Source: Torpedo marmorata | Taxonomy: Eukaryota | DNA length: 64,000 nt | Assembly: GCA_977017645.1 (NCBI GenBank) | Contig: OZ360222.1 | Coordinates: 182,900,001 to 182,964,000, forward strand | Direction of reading: 5' to 3' | Shown here: one piece after another, positions 60,386 through 64,000 of the stretch | How the letters are laid out: each line of letters begins with the position of its first letter | How positions within the stretch are numbered: position 1 is the stretch's first letter | The notes under the pieces: model-generated | Seen by the model: only the letters and a program-made list of their open reading frames with translations | Databases searched by the model: none | Told to the model about the DNA's origin: nothing | Made by a program: the position numbers and the translations under genes

Positions 60386-60869
60386 CTGAACCACCAAAGG
60401 AACCAAAGAAAATAAACCCCAGCTCATCATCTTTCTCAGATGAATTCAGGTCATTATCTCATTGTACTTTGTGGAATATTGGCCGATGTGATTTTTTGGG
60501 AGATTAAAACAGCCTCTACAACTTGTTAGTTGGAGAAAGCAAAGAGTTGGGGAGTCCTGATTTTGTAAAAGATGCATGTCTTTCTTCGAGTGAGCTTGCA
60601 ATTCTAAATAATAGGCACCTTATTCACGCAATCCCATTCCAGCTCCATTGCTGCTTGTGCAGTAAGATGCTCTAGTAGTTTCTGACCTCCAACTACCGGT
60701 AGCTTTCACGAAGCATTAGATGCACAGACATAATGAAATAAATCGGTCTCAGCCTCAACAGTTGAAGCTAAAGGCTGTGAGGAATCTGTTTTTGGTGAAG
60801 TTGTTGAAAGTAGGGAATTCTGAGAAGAGTCTTGCCGGAGGAAGCGAGAGACAGAGACAGATACATGCC

Positions 60870-62588
60870 AGCTATGGCAGGGAGTGCAGGCCCTTACAGC
60901 CTACAAAGCGAGGGCGAACACTATAGACGGCTGTGATGCTTCACTACCCGATGAGCTGAACACCTTCTATGCCTGCTTTGAGAAGAAGATCCAAACTGTG
61001 CCTACTAGAATCCCTGAAAAGGCTGAGGACCCTGTGATATCTGCCTCTGAGGGCGACGTCAGAACATCATTCAAGAGGGTGAACCCTCACAAGGCGTCAG
61101 GCCCTGATGGCGTACCTGGAAGAGTACTGAAAATCTGCACCAACCAACTAGCCGGAGTGTTCACGGACATTTTCAACCTCTCTTTGTGGCAGTCAGAGTT
61201 TCCCACCTGCTTCAAAAGGGCATCAATCATCCCCGTACCCAAGAAGAGTAGTGCGGGCTGCCTCAACGAGTACCGCCCAGTAGCACTAACTTCTACTGTA
61301 ATGAAATGCTTTGAGAGGCTGGTCATGGCCAGAATTAACACATACCTAAGCAAAGATCTGGACCCACTGCAATTCGCCTATCGTCACAATCGCTCCACAG
61401 CAGATGCAATATCGCTAGCTCTCTACTCAGCTCTGGATCACCTCGAAAACAGCAATTCATACATACGGCTGCTCTTCATCGACTACAGCTCGGTCTTCAA
61501 TACCATTATTCCCTCAGTGCTGCTCAAGAAGCTACAAACTCTAGGCCTCTGTACCCCGCTCTGCAACTGGATCCTTGACTTTCTCATCGGAAGACCACAG
61601 TCAGTACGAATTGGAAACAACGTCTCCTCCACACTGATTATCAACACAGGCGCACCCCAAGGATGCGTGCTTAGCCCACTGCTCTACTCGTTATACACCC
61701 ATGACTGGGTGGCCAGGCACAATTCCAATGCCATCTACAAGTTTGCTGATGACACCACAGTTGTCGGCAGAATCACAAACGGCAATGAGGAAGCGTACAA
61801 GAGGGAGATAGATCAGCTCGTTGAATGGTGTAACGACAACAACCTTGTGCTCAACGTCAGCAAAACCAAGGAGATGATTGTGGACTTCAGGAGGAAGTGA
61901 GGGGAAAATGACCCTGTGCTTATCGAGGGCTCAGTAGTGGAGAGAGTCAAGGACTTCAAATTCCTGGGTGTCAACATCTCCGAGGATCTGTCTTGGAGCC
62001 TCCACGTTGATGCAATCACAAAGAAGGCTCGCCAGCGGCTATACTTTGTGAGGTGTCTGAGGAGATTCGGTATATCACCGAAGACTCTCGTAAACTTCTA
62101 CAGGTGTACCATGGAGAGCATTCTGGCTGGTTGCAACACTGCCTGGTATGGAGGCGCCAACTCTCAGGACAAGAGTAAACTCCAGAGGGTTGTTAACTCG
62201 GCCTGTGACGTCACAGGCACCAAACTTCACTCCATCGAGGACATCTACATGAGGCGGTATCTTAAAAAAGCAGCCTCTATCCTCAAAGACCCCCACCACC
62301 CAGGCCATGCCCTCTTCACTCTGCTACCATCGGGAAAAAGGTACAGGAGCCTAAAGACGAGCACTCAACGGCACAAGGACAGCTTCTTCCTTGCTGCCAT
62401 CAGATTCCTGAATAATCAATGAACCAAAGACACTGCCTTACTTTTCGTGCACTATTATTTATAATTTTTTATAGTAATGTCGTAAGATGGTTATAATATG
62501 AATGTTAATTGCACTATGATGCTGCCGCAAAACACCGAATTTCATGACTTGTTCATGACAATAAATTCTGATTCTGATTCTGATTCTA
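60870..62588 (+). mobile_element. 5'-truncated Rex1/Babar-like LINE with RT (single stop at 61898-61900)
   Basis: KASGPDGVPG; YRPVALTSTVMKCFERLV; DPLQFAYR; LFIDYSS; TGAPQGCVLSP; KFADDT; frame continues to 62422; (TTCTGA)n tail. Confidence 0.93.
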
Positions 62589-63319
62589 ATAGGTCAGATG
62601 AAATTGAAGCAATGTAAAAACCGTCAGCTTGAAGTGCTTATGTGGCATGGCATGGATAACTGAAAGCAAGCAGTGATCTGTACTCTGTTATAAGGCCCAT
62701 CTCCATGTTTCCAGAGACTGCAGGACTGCATATAAACTGGGGTGAAAGAACGACTGAACAGATGAGAGTTTATTGTCACCTATATACTGTAAGTGCAATT
62801 TACAGATGCAATGAAAGCCTTACTTGATGCAGCTTCCCAGTTACCTAAAATACACTAACACAAATTAAATATAAATAAAACACCATGAAGAAAAAGACTA
62901 AAACATTTAAAAATAAGAGAAAAATTAAATGATAAATAATATATAATAAATCTTCATAGTTTGCCAATAGTACAAAAGTGTGTTCTGTCGGTAGCATGCA
63001 CAGATACAGTAGAATGTTGGGATCTTGCTCGAGATCTCAAAAAAAGCTTTAAAAAGTTGAAAAACATTTTGTTAAGCCTTTACTAAACACTGACTTGGCT
63101 TCACCTCAGGTATCGTGCTTGATTCTTGTCACCGCTACAAAGGAAACTCATCAAGTCTTGGAATGAGCACTGTGGGCATTGACTTGGATGGCCTGTTACC
63201 GCTCACACCCTATCTATCATTGGTACCTACAGGCCTGGATGATTTTAATGCCCTTTGCAAACTGAAAGGCTTTTCTATGTGGTCACAGATTCCAGGGAAT
63301 AAAGCAATATGCTCAGGGG

Positions 63320-63800
63320 GAAGGAGACACAAGCTTCTCCAGATGCTTTAATGTGGAGCAAAGAACAAACTTTGTTGGGGGAAAGGGTTTCTCAACATTT
63401 CTGGTTGAGATCCCGCCTCTGGACAGAGAGTTGAGAGGGACGATAGCCAATAAAGAGGAGAGGGGTATGGTGAGGTAGGGGCAGTAGGTGATTGGTGGAC
63501 CACAGAGGGGTGAAGGGTGATGGGCAGATGGAGACAGGTGAGAGAGGGCAGGGGTGAAGGTGCAGACAGCTGCTGGAGGGTGATAAGCAGAAACACAAAG
63601 GCTACTGGTGCTGGAACCCGATGGGTAAGGGAGGTGAAAGAGAGGTGGGAGAGTGGACCGGCGGGTGAACTGTATTGGTGTAAGTGGATGGACCCAGGAG
63701 GGGAAAAGGGAAGAAAGTGGGTGATGGGGGGCTGGAGGGGGGTATGTGAAAGGGGACGAGAGATGGATCAGAAAGAGAGAGAAGGGGAAAGCAGGATCTA
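63320..63800 (-). mobile_element. Old Penelope 3'-end remnant
   Basis: Purine-rich tract and decayed tail (aacatttctggttgagatcccgcctctgga). Confidence 0.6.
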
Positions 63801-63924
63801 AGGGTTACCAGTTTTTTAAAACCAAAAATAGACTTTATCAGAATAAATTATTTACAAAGGAAAATCTGTTCAGTGTCTGTTCCCACCCTTATTTTCATAT
63901 CCATACATTCCCATCACTGTCCAT

Positions 63925-64000
63925 TAGAACACAAGAACATAAGAAATAGGAGCAGGAATAGGCCATCCAGCCCGTCGAGCCTGCTCGCCATTCAATGTCA
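63925..64000 (-). mobile_element. CR1 3' terminus (continues past the right edge)
   Basis: aagaacataagaaataggagcaggaataggcc...cagcccgtcgagcctgctc, as at 32225-32270. Confidence 0.8.

Overview
Eukaryotic, repeat-dominated DNA with no convincing host protein-coding sequence. The repeat inventory (V-SINE/HE1-type SINEs, abundant CR1, Rex1/Babar-like and Penelope elements, DeuSINE remnants) points to a cartilaginous fish, probably a batoid (inference). By eye about three quarters of the window is transposon-derived. 1-11.2 kb is a deep nest: an L1 remnant hosts a conventional Gypsy element and a pogo transposon, and each of these carries a Gmr1-type LTR retrotransposon insertion (SCAN-like gag, PR-INT-RT-RH order, tRNA-Pro PBS). 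19.0-22.6 kb is a deleted endogenous retrovirus with an ERV-L/Fv1-like gag and a tRNA-Ser PBS. The window also holds a near full-length CR1 split by a twin-primed (5'-inverted) L1, a 5S rRNA head fused to a Rex1-type tail (SINE3-like), two solo LTRs with 5-bp TSDs, hAT and pogo MITEs, and two TSD-flanked Penelope insertions. Many Penelope tails carry a minimal hammerhead ribozyme motif, and several are arranged as self-complementary hairpin elements. One candidate 43-nt host exon ending in ATG-G|gtaagt lies at 16208-16250 (-). I cannot show a wholly new biological system. The best leads are the ERV-L-like provirus, the palindromic hammerhead elements and the 5S-LINE chimera. All family assignments come from recognising motifs by eye, not from database searches.
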